Shown here: positions 1 to 9,371 of the stretch, one piece after another
How positions within the stretch are numbered: position 1 is the stretch's first letter
Layout of the letters: each line of letters starts with the position of its first letter
DNA from: a virus
Taxonomy: Duplodnaviria > Caudoviricetes
Virus record (IMG/VR): IMGVR_UViG_3300009103_000056
Coordinates: 1-45,111 of that record
Strand: one strand, 5' to 3'
DNA: 45,111 bases
Program-made: the position numbers and the translations under genes
Notes under the pieces: model-generated
What the model was told of the DNA's origin: nothing
The model's input: only the letters and a program-made list of their open reading frames with translations
Databases searched by the model: none

Positions 1-119
1 GCCGACCACCGCGCCGCGGTTCCAGACTTCCGTGATGACGGCGTCCAGCTCCGACTGCGTGACCTTGCCAGGGTCGATGCCGACACCTTTGTCGAGCGCA
101 GCGAACTCTCGATTGACTG
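1..119. repeat. Terminal direct repeat, left copy (circular assembly overlap)
   Basis: Bases 1-119 (gccgaccacc...gattgactg) are identical to 44993-45111. The repeat lies inside a continuous ORF, so it is most likely an assembler overlap. Confidence 0.95.
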
Positions 120-1614
120 CGTTCGTGAACGCGGTGACGCGCCACGTCTCCCTCTCGTCGGCTCGACCGGTGGTGAACAGCGAGCTGCGTTGCCGTAGTA
201 GGTCAATCACCGATGCGTTGAGTCCGATGTTGTGCCCGGCACCGGAGCCCTGCCCGGCCTTAGTCGCGGCCCCCCAGGCGCGCTCCCACTTCGTGCGCAG
301 CTCCTTCATCATCCCGACGCTCATCTTGAGCTGGTGTTCGTCCTGAAGCGTATCGAACGAGTGGTGTTCCAGCAGCTCACCCTCGGTGATGGTGTTGAGC
401 ACGTTGTAGCCGGCCATGGTCGGCAGGAACTGTTTGCCCTGTTCCAGCCAGAGCTGCATGTCGACCTCGACGCCGGCGTCGCGCAACTTCTCCCACTGAG
501 ACTCGGACAGATCCTTGCCGCGGTTCGCCGGGGCCTGCGCCCAGGTCTGCATCTCGTCGAGGGCCGCGATGCCGCGCGCCGCGGTCAGCGTGCGACGCTG
601 CTCGTCGCGGCGAATGACCTCTTGCAAGCCCGCCGTCATCGCCGGGAACGGCAGCCGTCCACCCTCGAACTCGGTGCGCAACCACTCTATTTGTTCGAGC
701 GGTGAATCCTCGCCCGCTTCGGCGCGGTTCGCGGCGAAATAGCCTTGCTCGGCGTAGCGAGCGCGCCGCGTGCGGCCCCGCAGCTCCGACTCGACCTGCG
801 GCAGCAGGTCATCACCGAAGACATCGAGGTGCGCCTGAGCCTCACCTGAGCGGTTGTTGTCGATCCACTCTGTGATGATGCTTTCGTGCAGCTCGGACAC
901 CTTGCTGTCGGCGAGCACCTGCGCGCTCTCAGACGGCAGACCCATCAGCTCGGTGATCGTCTGCGCTTCACCGCGCAGCGCGGTGACGTAGTCCTCGAAC
1001 TCCAAGGGCTGCACCGGATCGCCGGGCCGCGATCCGAGCCCACGCTCGGCACCGGGCACTTGGGGTTCGGGTATCGTCTCAGGACCGAACACCGCGTCAT
1101 GCGCGTCGCGCATCAACGTCGTCATACGGGCCTCACTCTGCCCGACCGCGAACGTCAGCTGCGCTTTGCTGTAGTGCCCGTCGACCTGACGCAGGAACGT
1201 CTGCCGACGCTGCTCGACGCGCTCCGCGAACATCTGCTGCTGCGCCGGGTTGTCGAGCATCCCGGCGATATCGTTGAGGTCCGCTTCAACGGCTTTGATG
1301 ACGCCCTCGCGTGCGTCCAGCGCGGTCTGCCCGCGCAAGTTCGTGTAGCCCTTCTCAGGCGCGAACATTGCCTTGCGAATCGTGTCGGCTGCAAGCCCGT
1401 CGGCTTTCTTGACCTGCGCGGTGTTGACCTCACCCTGCAAGTAGAACGCGATGTTCTGATGAGCGGTGCCGAGCCCGATCAACGCTTGCCCGAACTGGGC
1501 TTGCTGCTGCCCGCTGACATCCCGCACCGGGGTTACCGTCGGTGCGGCGAACGTAGTCTGCGGTGTCGGGTTTAGCCCGACACCCAAACCGAATTGGTCG
1601 GGGACGCGAGGCAT
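1..1614 (-). CDS. Internal virion/ejection protein (T7 gp15-like position), 5' part; continues across the circular junction into 44093..44992 (about 837 aa in total)
   Basis: ATG at 1614 overlaps the upstream TGA. The frame is open to base 1 (MPRVPDQFGLGV...TEVWNRGAVVG) and in frame with the 44093..45001 ORF. It is absent from the ORF track because its stop lies across the junction. Helical composition; lies between the gp14-like gene and the giant ejection gene. Confidence 0.8.
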   Translation of the reverse strand, partial: MPRVPDQFGLGVGLNPTPQTTFAAPTVTPVRDVSGQQQAQFGQALIGLGTAHQNIAFYLQGEVNTAQVKKADGLAADTIRKAMFAPEKGYTNLRGQTALDAREGVIKAVEADLNDIAGMLDNPAQQQMFAERVEQRRQTFLRQVDGHYSKAQLTFAVGQSEARMTTLMRDAHDAVFGPETIPEPQVPGAERGLGSRPGDPVQPLEFEDYVTALRGEAQTITELMGLPSESAQVLADSKVSELHESIITEWIDNNRSGEAQAHLDVFGDDLLPQVESELRGRTRRARYAEQGYFAANRAEAGEDSPLEQIEWLRTEFEGGRLPFPAMTAGLQEVIRRDEQRRTLTAARGIAALDEMQTWAQAPANRGKDLSESQWEKLRDAGVEVDMQLWLEQGKQFLPTMAGYNVLNTITEGELLEHHSFDTLQDEHQLKMSVGMMKELRTKWERAWGAATKAGQGSGAGHNIGLNASVIDLLRQRSSLFTTGRADERETWRVTAFTNAVNREFAALDKGVGIDPGKVTQSELDAVITEVWNRGAVVG

Positions 1615-2294
1615 CAGTAGAACCTTCGACGATACTGCGCGTAGTTTGTCGCGATGTTGCCTGCGCTTGTAAGCAACGACGTGCCGGCCGCGAGGCCCGG
1701 ACTGATGCTACGCGCCGACGCGCGAGTATTCGCCGCGGAGCCGCGCTGCACCGCGGCCTGCGTGCGAAAGCTCTGTGCGCGGACGAAGCCTGCTTCGGCC
1801 GCAGCGAGCGTGTTGCTGTTGATCGCCATGACGTCGAGTTCCTTGGCAAGATTCGCGCTCGCGATCTCCTCGGCCGCGCTACCTACGCCCGAGCGGACCC
1901 CACGCGAACCGATACGCGCTTTGCGCGCACCCAGTTCCTGCCCAGCCGCCAGCGTGCGGCGGATGATGTCATAGCGCCCAGACTCTAGCACGCTGTATGC
2001 CTGCTCCTCGGCCGCACGGGCGTCGATCTGTGACATCTCAGCCTGGAACTCCAACGCGCTGGCCTGACTCTCCAACTGGTTCTGCTGAGCGCGAAGTGAG
2101 TAGAACGTGCCGATCGCCGACATCGCCGCACCGACGATACTGACACCGGTGCCGAAGGAGGCGACTGCACTGTAGTCCGCGCCGGGCGTTAGCCTACCAC
2201 TTCCGAACAGAGGGTTCTGCCCGGTCTCTGGGCGCAGCAACCACGCCCCGGTGCCAAAGCCCGATTGCAGCCCAAGATCGACGTTATTGCCCAA
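1614..2294 (-). CDS. Internal virion/ejection protein (T7 gp14-like)
   Basis: Ala/Gln-rich with Gly/Ala hydrophobic segments and an RGVRSGVGSAAE motif; follows the nozzle gene. Start placed at TTG 2294, 6 nt after GGAGG; the track start at 2366 overlaps the nozzle gene. Confidence 0.75.
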   Translation of the reverse strand: MGNNVDLGLQSGFGTGAWLLRPETGQNPLFGSGRLTPGADYSAVASFGTGVSIVGAAMSAIGTFYSLRAQQNQLESQASALEFQAEMSQIDARAAEEQAYSVLESGRYDIIRRTLAAGQELGARKARIGSRGVRSGVGSAAEEIASANLAKELDVMAINSNTLAAAEAGFVRAQSFRTQAAVQRGSAANTRASARSISPGLAAGTSLLTSAGNIATNYAQYRRRFY

Positions 2295-5200
2295 GAGATA
2301 CCTCCGCGACCATTTCAACGACCGTGAGCGGGGCGAAGCCCTCGGCGCGGATGAACACTTGCCCATCTGGGCGCCACCTACCGCGGATCTTCAAAGGCAC
2401 CGTGCCGGTCGATAGCACCTCGGCACCCGAGCGCGGGTTTGAAGGAACCAGCGAGTCCTCGTCTGGCCCTACCGAGAACGCGCCGGAATCGTTCACGCGG
2501 AGCGTGACCTCGTTGACGTTGATACGCTGCCCGCGACTGAACCCCGGCATGTCTAACGACATCGGGGCTGTTTGCAGATCCGAGTTGTAGGCGAGCCCTA
2601 TGTTCACCACTGAAGCCGTCGCCGGCAACGTGAGCCGAGCGGACGGGTAGACGTCTACGGACGATGAGCCTGATTCGATGGCGAAGGCGTCCCCGCCCGC
2701 CGTGAGCGAGATCGCGAACGAGTTTTCCGGGTCAACAACCCCGGCGAGGCGGACATAGTAGATCTGACCTGAGATCAACCCGGACGCCCCCATGGTCCCT
2801 GTGAAAGTTACGGGCTCGTCCGCAACCAAACCGTGCGCGGTCAGGTCGATCTCATCGTTGGCGTGGTCCACCGTGACACTCACCGAGGGGTAGTTCACGA
2901 TCGACACACCGGTCTGCACTACGCCATCGGCAACGACCGTGACCTCTTTGCCGAGCAGGTGCGTGAGGCCGGTGACGAAGTTGGTGTTCGTCGCTACCAC
3001 CGACGCGTCGAGGTAGAGCGCGGCACCGAGCGTCGTGACAGCCTGCTCCGCCATGCGCTCGATGTATCGAAGACCTCCGCGGTTCGTGACCACGTAGACC
3101 CGGTCCTCGTCGCCCTCTGGGATCACGGCTACGCTCTCAAAGATGTCGTTGTCGCCGCCGGTGGTGTGCTGCGCCCACGCGCCGACCTGCTCCTCGGGGA
3201 CGTAGGTCAAGCTGAGCAGCTTGCCTGACGAAGACACGAACCAGAGCACCGAATGCGGCGCCTTGGATTGCGCCGAGTCTACGAGATCGTAGTCGTCGAA
3301 TAGGTGCGCTGCCCGCAGAGAGAGGTCACCAGTGACGAAGCTCTGGCGCTGTGCTTGATACCCCAACTCCCGCACATGCCCTCCACGAGCAGCGCCGAAT
3401 ACCGCGACATTGTTGACGATCTGAGGCGTCACCTTTGATGCCCCGATGTAGCTCTGCGGACGCACCGAGATCGATGTCGGTGTGATCGCGTCATCGTTCA
3501 CCGGGGTGACCCGATACTCTGCGGACGACGTCAAGAGGAGGAGCTGATCCATCGGGACGATGTGCCGAATGATACTCGCCTGCCGTGACGAAATGGTAGC
3601 GGACACGCGGTCTTCGTCGCGCAGCGGGAGTGCATAACGCAGGTCGGACTCAGTGCCTGTGCGCGTTGCCCACAACCCTTGAGGTGCGGTCAGCGTGCCG
3701 GCGAACATGCGGCGCTGCTCAAAGTAGGCCACTGCGCCAGGGCATGCCGCGCTATAAGCTTCCCCTGAGAGGTTGCCGTTCTCTTCGATATCGATCGCGG
3801 TCCCACCCGGTTCTGCGGCGACCGCAAAGGTGTCGGTCGTGACAGGCTCTACGACGAAGTATCGCGCGTCAGCTTGTGCCACGTCTGGGTCCGTAATATT
3901 GAGCAGCCCCGGCTCACCTGTGAGCCCAGTAAACCATACCGGGTCGTTCAGCTTGCGCCCATGATCCGTCCAGGCGACGACGTTGTCGCCGTGTTCGAGA
4001 GACATCGAACCAGAGACGACATCAAACGTCTCGTCTCTGATGCCGGGCGTGACCGACATATCGGGGGCGATGTTGTCGTCAGTGAACGAGTAGACCGCCG
4101 ACGAGGACGGGGTGTCCGTTTGCCCGATATACCCGAATAGCCCTGCCTCCTCTTTGTATACTCGATAGCTCGCTGCCCCGGCGACTTCGGTCCATTGCAG
4201 CTCGACCGACGCACCCTCGACGTAGAGCACGATGCCTTCGTCGACTTCCAACTCTGTGGAAGGATCGCTTTCGACACCGTTCGCATCCACCGCTGTCACT
4301 TTGTAGACCTGCTTGTCCTCGACTTCGAGCGGGGTGCGCCGCACAAAATACCCGGTTGACGTAGAACCGTCATAAGAGTCAGCGGTGCCGACGATGCCTG
4401 TAGAATACTGGGCAACCTGGAAACACCTACCTGCCACGAAGCTGGCACTTATCGAGGTGTAGGCGAGCTGTGCGCCTGCCACAGTGAAGAAACCGGGCCC
4501 CTCCGGAGTCCCGCTCGTCCCGAAGGTCGGCGCGGTAAACTCACTGAAAGGGTTGCCTTCTATGTAAATCCCGTCGCCGTCACTGAGCCCATGCTCGGAG
4601 GCGACCCGGAACACCATTTCGTTGCCGGAGAGTTCAACTTCGACAATCCTAAACCGGCGACCCGGCGTTGTAATCGCGGTTGGCTGGGGTGGTGCAGGCA
4701 ATGCGCCGCTGAACTGGATGGGTTTGAACTCCCAGTTGGTGTTGCTCAGCCGGCGCAGCTCGGAGGGCTGATAGTTCGGGTGCGTGATCGTGACCACGTC
4801 CGCAGACTGCGCGAACGTAAGGTCGAACAGGTCCTCCTCACGATAGAAGTGGGGGATCTCGACCGTGCCACCGAGCGACGCGACTAAGCCCCGCCAGTAA
4901 GCGTCTCCGGCCGCAGTGCCGGGGATGAGCGTCGTAGTGCCGAGGTGTGCCTGCTGGCAAATGTAGTTCTCTGGCGTGCCTGCCGCGGACGAGGATGCAA
5001 TACCCCACGGGTAGATCACTGGGTCCCCGTAGACATGCACAGGGGCGACCGTCTCATCGGTCAACCCCGCAGCGGCATCCGACCACGAGATAGGACCCCC
5101 AGTGGGCGTTGCGCTGAGCTTTATGGTGACCTTACCCCCTCCGACGCTCACGCTGTAGATCCAGTAGGTGATGCCAGTGTTCAACGGCGCCGGCCATGTG

Positions 5201-5664
5201 CCACCACTGCTCACAAGCTGCACAGGTTGCCGCGCGTAGAACACCGGATCCGGGTTGCTCGGCTCGTCGAACGAGATCTCGTCGCCCGCGACTACAGAGT
5301 CGAGCGACGGGGGAGGTGGGATCCAGTAGTTCGGGGTGCCCGCGCCGGCTCCGATCAGCTGGCCGCCGGCTATCGCAGGCGCCCCGCCAAGGTGGAACCT
5401 GAAGTAGCTCTCGCCCATCTCGATCAAGACGCTGTCGTCCGGCGAATAGATGAACGGGACCAAACGGACCCGTTTGGTTGCATCTTTCACCGACGAGATC
5501 CACTCCAACCCTGGCCTCCGGCGCGCGGCGCCCTGCGGCTGCGGGATGAAGTTCTGCATCTTCGCCGCCCCGTTCTGGTAGCGCACGTCGTCAACCCGAC
5601 CAAACAGCTCGGTGCTGACCTCTCCCCCTGCGAAGGATCGGTGGAACCTGCGAGTATCGCCCAC
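2284..5664 (-). CDS. Tail tubular protein B / nozzle (T7 gp12-like) with inserted beta modules
   Basis: N-terminal SFAGGEVS...NFIPQPQGAARRRPG, then FAQSADV, PGAVAYFEQRRMFAG and YVPEEQVGAWAQH, all typical of podovirus nozzles. 1126 aa. Confidence 0.9.
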   Translation of the reverse strand: MGDTRRFHRSFAGGEVSTELFGRVDDVRYQNGAAKMQNFIPQPQGAARRRPGLEWISSVKDATKRVRLVPFIYSPDDSVLIEMGESYFRFHLGGAPAIAGGQLIGAGAGTPNYWIPPPPSLDSVVAGDEISFDEPSNPDPVFYARQPVQLVSSGGTWPAPLNTGITYWIYSVSVGGGKVTIKLSATPTGGPISWSDAAAGLTDETVAPVHVYGDPVIYPWGIASSSAAGTPENYICQQAHLGTTTLIPGTAAGDAYWRGLVASLGGTVEIPHFYREEDLFDLTFAQSADVVTITHPNYQPSELRRLSNTNWEFKPIQFSGALPAPPQPTAITTPGRRFRIVEVELSGNEMVFRVASEHGLSDGDGIYIEGNPFSEFTAPTFGTSGTPEGPGFFTVAGAQLAYTSISASFVAGRCFQVAQYSTGIVGTADSYDGSTSTGYFVRRTPLEVEDKQVYKVTAVDANGVESDPSTELEVDEGIVLYVEGASVELQWTEVAGAASYRVYKEEAGLFGYIGQTDTPSSSAVYSFTDDNIAPDMSVTPGIRDETFDVVSGSMSLEHGDNVVAWTDHGRKLNDPVWFTGLTGEPGLLNITDPDVAQADARYFVVEPVTTDTFAVAAEPGGTAIDIEENGNLSGEAYSAACPGAVAYFEQRRMFAGTLTAPQGLWATRTGTESDLRYALPLRDEDRVSATISSRQASIIRHIVPMDQLLLLTSSAEYRVTPVNDDAITPTSISVRPQSYIGASKVTPQIVNNVAVFGAARGGHVRELGYQAQRQSFVTGDLSLRAAHLFDDYDLVDSAQSKAPHSVLWFVSSSGKLLSLTYVPEEQVGAWAQHTTGGDNDIFESVAVIPEGDEDRVYVVTNRGGLRYIERMAEQAVTTLGAALYLDASVVATNTNFVTGLTHLLGKEVTVVADGVVQTGVSIVNYPSVSVTVDHANDEIDLTAHGLVADEPVTFTGTMGASGLISGQIYYVRLAGVVDPENSFAISLTAGGDAFAIESGSSSVDVYPSARLTLPATASVVNIGLAYNSDLQTAPMSLDMPGFSRGQRINVNEVTLRVNDSGAFSVGPDEDSLVPSNPRSGAEVLSTGTVPLKIRGRWRPDGQVFIRAEGFAPLTVVEMVAEVSLGQ

Positions 5665-5667
5665 CGG

Positions 5668-7980
5668 CTACCTCGCCTTGATCCAGTCAGGGGTGTGCGC
5701 CGGTTTGATATCGCGCTGCCCTCCATCGAGGTCCTTCGCCTGCGACAGGTAGGCTTCCGCGATTTGCAGCGCGCGTTGCGTCATCGCGGCGCCTTCCTGC
5801 CCTTGCATCAACCGGTTGGCGAGCATCGAGGCAAGCTGCCACGAACACGCGTTGCGGAACAGATCGCTGAACCGGCTCGCGTCCGTAATCACAACATTGT
5901 AGCGGGCGGTCGCGTTCTCGACGTTGGTGTAGAGGATCGGGTAGCCGTCGATATCCTGCTGCACCGAGAACGGCATCGGGGTGTAAGCCAGCCCGTAGCC
6001 GATCCGTGGGAGGATATCGCCGTCGGCGTTTTTGTCCGGGCGGAGGTTGTCGAGCCCGATTGAGTAGTCGTCGGCCGCGCCTTCAGGCAACACCGCGAAC
6101 ACCTTGACGCAGTTGTCCGGCATGCCGTAGGCGTAGAGCCATTCGACCTTACGCACGTCATCGGATAGCGATCCCAACGGAGCGCGCCGCGTCGCGAAGC
6201 TCCAGGTGCATCGTTCGAGCAGGATGTTGCGCGCCTTCGGGAACAGCTCCTTGCAGGCTGCCGCTTGCTCCGATGCGTCTGTGCTCGGGTCGAGACTCGT
6301 GACCCCACCGGAGTCGCCGATGTAGCTCAGCGCGGTATTGCAGATATCGATCGCGATCGGGTCATCGAGATCTTCGCGCGATGAAACCGCGTCGGCGATC
6401 AACGGGACGAGAGCCTCGGCCAAGAGTTTCCCATTCCGAACTTCGCCTGCCGCTTCGTAGTGCCCGGTGGTGGTTGAGATCGAGCTGTCATTCACGTCGA
6501 TCGTGGCCGCGAGCCGAGCCTTGGCCGTGAAGTCTGTGATGGCGCGGTTGACAAGCCCATCGGTGTCAGGGTTGTTCGTTCCGGCGGTTGTCTCCCAGAC
6601 CGTCTTGTGGATCCCCGCGTGGACGATCGGCAGGTCATCGACCGCGTCGTAGTAGCTGAGCCCGGCATCGAAAACTGTCTTCTGCAACCACTGATAGAAC
6701 ATCGGGAGGAGGCGACGATACTGCGTGCGTCCCGCGGTCGAGATCGCCTCGGTCTCGCCTTGCATGCCGGCGACACCCAAAACGCGTAGCGTCTTTGTCG
6801 ATCCTTCCGCGGTGAGCGCAGCGGGCGCCATCACGGTGATCATCTTCTTGAGCCGCGCGGCGAGCCCGTTCGTCGTGGCAGGGTTCCAGTCGAGGCGAAC
6901 GTCGTCATACCAGCCGAGCTGGTTCGCAACCGTGCCGCCACCGAAGAGCTGGCGCTCCTGGCGGAGACCCGTAGCGTCCACGGTGAGGTAGATGATGTTG
7001 ACCCGTTTGCCGAGTTCATCCGCTACGCGGACTGCGAAAGGCAGGATCGACCCAAAGAGTGTGTTCCATTTCGCGGACGTGATCCCTTGCGGCCTATTGA
7101 GCGTGGTCGAAGAGATCGGCTGGCTGTGGTTCGTCGGGTAGAGGAACCCTGGACCCGGCTCCCACTCGTGGGGGCTACTGGTGAAGTATGGCAGCCATAT
7201 CTGGTAGGTCACCGTGCCGGTCGGAGTGCCGTCACCAAACCAGCCAGCGGCAGTCAGGGTGAAGGTGGAGAGGTCACTATCGTCGGTATGCGTCGCGACC
7301 TCGGCGTAGCTGGTTCCGTTGTCGTGCTCGACCTTCAAATAGCTGCCCGCCATGATGTTCGTATCGAGCGGAGCGGTGTCAACCACGACAAAGGTCGTCG
7401 GTGTCGCGGAATCGAACGCTTTAGACTCTTCGGTAAACCCGTAGCCGGCGACGCCTTCAAAGAAGCTGAACTCGACGAACACACCAAGGTCGTCGGGGTC
7501 TGTCACGGTTAGGGTCTGCCCGTTCGCGCCCGCGGTCGCCGGGTCACCTCCCTCGTCTGGCAAGAATGGTTGCAGCATGCGGACATTGTCGAACTTCCGA
7601 TGCCGCCCGTCCCGGTAGACGATGTAGGCCAACGCCGAGGAGAAGCTCCCTGCCGCGATCGTCCAGTTCACTGTGATGACGGCCGGCGTAAGAGGGTCCC
7701 ACCCGGTGATCGTGCCGTAACCAACGGCAGGGGTTGTGTTGGTGCCGAGACGAAACTCCGCGCCGATGAAGCTCTGCGTCAATGACGCGGACAGCGTCAC
7801 AGAGGATTCGCCGGTGCCTGCCCCGCTCGCGGTGACCGTGACCCCGGAGAGCAAAAGCACGAGGTCCGGGTCTTCGGCGTTACCTTTTGACTGCGACCCG
7901 TTCGGGGTGAAGTTCGACTGACCCCACGCGACCAGCGCATACTCGTAATCATCGGGGAGCTGCGAAGCGAACTTGGTCAT
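5668..7980 (-). CDS. Fusion of an SGNH/SASA-type O-acetylesterase (N-terminal ~540 aa) and tail tubular protein A/adaptor (T7 gp11-like, C-terminal ~230 aa)
   Basis: The N-terminal part has the WGQSN, GMQGETEA and GHYEAAG...GKLLA blocks. The C-terminal part has IDICNTALSYIG...WSFATRR...YAYGMPDNC adaptor motifs. Lies directly upstream of the nozzle gene. Confidence 0.8.
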   Translation of the reverse strand: MTKFASQLPDDYEYALVAWGQSNFTPNGSQSKGNAEDPDLVLLLSGVTVTASGAGTGESSVTLSASLTQSFIGAEFRLGTNTTPAVGYGTITGWDPLTPAVITVNWTIAAGSFSSALAYIVYRDGRHRKFDNVRMLQPFLPDEGGDPATAGANGQTLTVTDPDDLGVFVEFSFFEGVAGYGFTEESKAFDSATPTTFVVVDTAPLDTNIMAGSYLKVEHDNGTSYAEVATHTDDSDLSTFTLTAAGWFGDGTPTGTVTYQIWLPYFTSSPHEWEPGPGFLYPTNHSQPISSTTLNRPQGITSAKWNTLFGSILPFAVRVADELGKRVNIIYLTVDATGLRQERQLFGGGTVANQLGWYDDVRLDWNPATTNGLAARLKKMITVMAPAALTAEGSTKTLRVLGVAGMQGETEAISTAGRTQYRRLLPMFYQWLQKTVFDAGLSYYDAVDDLPIVHAGIHKTVWETTAGTNNPDTDGLVNRAITDFTAKARLAATIDVNDSSISTTTGHYEAAGEVRNGKLLAEALVPLIADAVSSREDLDDPIAIDICNTALSYIGDSGGVTSLDPSTDASEQAAACKELFPKARNILLERCTWSFATRRAPLGSLSDDVRKVEWLYAYGMPDNCVKVFAVLPEGAADDYSIGLDNLRPDKNADGDILPRIGYGLAYTPMPFSVQQDIDGYPILYTNVENATARYNVVITDASRFSDLFRNACSWQLASMLANRLMQGQEGAAMTQRALQIAEAYLSQAKDLDGGQRDIKPAHTPDWIKAR

Positions 7981-7995
7981 TGTCGTTTCGTGCAG

Positions 7996-8025
7996 CCGGC
8001 CACCAGGGTGCGCCCCGGTGGCCGG
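7996..8025 (-). other. Intergenic stem-loop between the head and tail genes
   Basis: Minus strand ccggccaccgggg-cgca-ccctggtggccgg forms a 13-bp stem with one G-U pair. No U-tract follows, so a terminator role is uncertain. Confidence 0.55.
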
Positions 8026-8050
8026 TCAATAAAGGTAGGGCACCGAGGGG

Positions 8051-8548
8051 TTAGTTCGTTGCGTCAGGGTGTGGGGTCCAGGCCGCGATGTCGTGGACGT
8101 AGAAGATGTCGACCACACCGCCGGTGACGGCCTGATTGAGAGCGGTGAAGACGACCCTCATGTAGCGCTGGTCGGGCTGCCCCACGATTAGCTGTGGTGG
8201 GATAGGGATCACCACAAAGTCGCCCGCATTCGGATTCCGCTGGTAGCCGAGAGCGCTGTTATCGGAGTAGGCGGCGTAGCCGGCGACGCACCGCGCATTG
8301 GAGTCCGTAAGGTAGCCGGAGACGGTTACAGCACTTGCTGAAGACCATGCGTAGATGTTGAACTGGCAGGATTCGGCACCTACCGCGAGGGCGGTCTTGA
8401 AGTGGACGACGAAGCCGCCGACGCGGTTGCTGTCCGCGAGTCCGCGGACCAGCCCCATGTCTAAGCAGTCGACGGTCTCCTGGTAGCTGCCCGCGCTAAG
8501 GGACAACGCGAAATCCGTAGCCAGCTGCATGCGGGAGTCAATGATCAT
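8051..8548 (-). CDS. Capsid cement/decoration protein, Bbp16-like, copy 2
   Basis: MIIDS start, DCLDMG, QRYMRVVF, TGGVVDIF; 165 aa, beta-rich; paralog of 8861..9358. Confidence 0.7.
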   Translation of the reverse strand: MIIDSRMQLATDFALSLSAGSYQETVDCLDMGLVRGLADSNRVGGFVVHFKTALAVGAESCQFNIYAWSSASAVTVSGYLTDSNARCVAGYAAYSDNSALGYQRNPNAGDFVVIPIPPQLIVGQPDQRYMRVVFTALNQAVTGGVVDIFYVHDIAAWTPHPDATN

Positions 8549-8856
8549 GATATCAGGTCTCCTTCGCCTCCGTCGAGCAACTCAACGGGGTTGGTCTTCG
8601 GCACCTTCTTGGTCTTCTTGGTCTTCTTGGTCTTCTTCTGCGGCCGACCAGAGGTCAGCTCGGACAACGACACCGGCGTCACGCCGGTGTCGTTCTTCGG
8701 TCGTGGCGCGTCCTCGCCGGGCGTGACGCGCTCCATCCAATCGAGGGGCTCGACGCCCGGCATCAGACGAAGCGTGTCACCGCGGCGACAGCGCTGCCCC
8801 CGCCACCACCCACGGGCGGCGGTGCAGCGCACCACGAACGGCTCGGTGTCGGCCAT
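8545..8856 (-). CDS. Small hypothetical virion-module protein with KKT repeat
   Basis: 103 aa, ATGA-coupled to the next gene, located between the cement paralogs. Confidence 0.65.
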   Translation of the reverse strand: MADTEPFVVRCTAARGWWRGQRCRRGDTLRLMPGVEPLDWMERVTPGEDAPRPKNDTGVTPVSLSELTSGRPQKKTKKTKKTKKVPKTNPVELLDGGEGDLIS

Positions 8857-8860
8857 CGGC

Positions 8861-9358
8861 CTACTGCACCGCGTCCTTGAGCGGACGCCACGCCGCCGGA
8901 TCGCGCGTCAGGAACGCGTTGATCGCGCCCGCGTCCACGTCTTCCGAGCCAGCGATGTCGCCGTAGATGCCGATGTAGCGCTGGTAGGACTCGTCGACCG
9001 GCAGCGCGGTCTTGAACAAGACCGAGCCGGCAGTCGCGAGACCGGCAGACGTCGTGTTGACCGCGAAAGTCACCGAGAGGTGGTCCTTCGGGGTGCCGCC
9101 CGTCTCCAGGTCCTCGTCTTCGTGCGACCGCAGCGTGATGGTCACCGAGTCCGCGTCCGTTGCCGTGATCGCGGTGGTGACCACCGCGACGAGGTAGACC
9201 GGCTGCCCGCCGCCGAGATCGAGAACGTCGCTGTCGGCAGCACCGCCCCCGAGACCTTGGCGATCGATAACGTCGCCGACCACGACGCCGTTCGACGCCG
9301 CGGTGATGCCCGTCAGCGCCGTCGGGCCGCAGAACTCGTTTCTGTCGTCCACAAGCAT
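8861..9358 (-). CDS. Capsid cement/decoration protein, Bbp16-like, copy 1
   Basis: MLVDDRNEF...GDVID...DLGGGQPVYL...YQRYIG...AGAINAFLT; AGGAGG RBS; immediately follows the capsid gene. Confidence 0.85.
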   Translation of the reverse strand: MLVDDRNEFCGPTALTGITAASNGVVVGDVIDRQGLGGGAADSDVLDLGGGQPVYLVAVVTTAITATDADSVTITLRSHEDEDLETGGTPKDHLSVTFAVNTTSAGLATAGSVLFKTALPVDESYQRYIGIYGDIAGSEDVDAGAINAFLTRDPAAWRPLKDAVQ

Positions 9359-9371
9359 GATCGTGTCCTCC

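Noticed and set aside
4945-6063. Long antisense ORFs (e.g. 4945..6063, 9303..10412, 30268..31455, 36672..37676)
   Set aside because: These are expected shadows of high-GC codon bias opposite well-supported genes, and they show no recognisable motifs.
1171-6466. Partial GTAGTGCCCG matches at 1171 and about 6457
   Set aside because: They lie in the opposite orientation, inside coding sequence (Gly-His-Tyr codons), and lack the TAAG end of the box.
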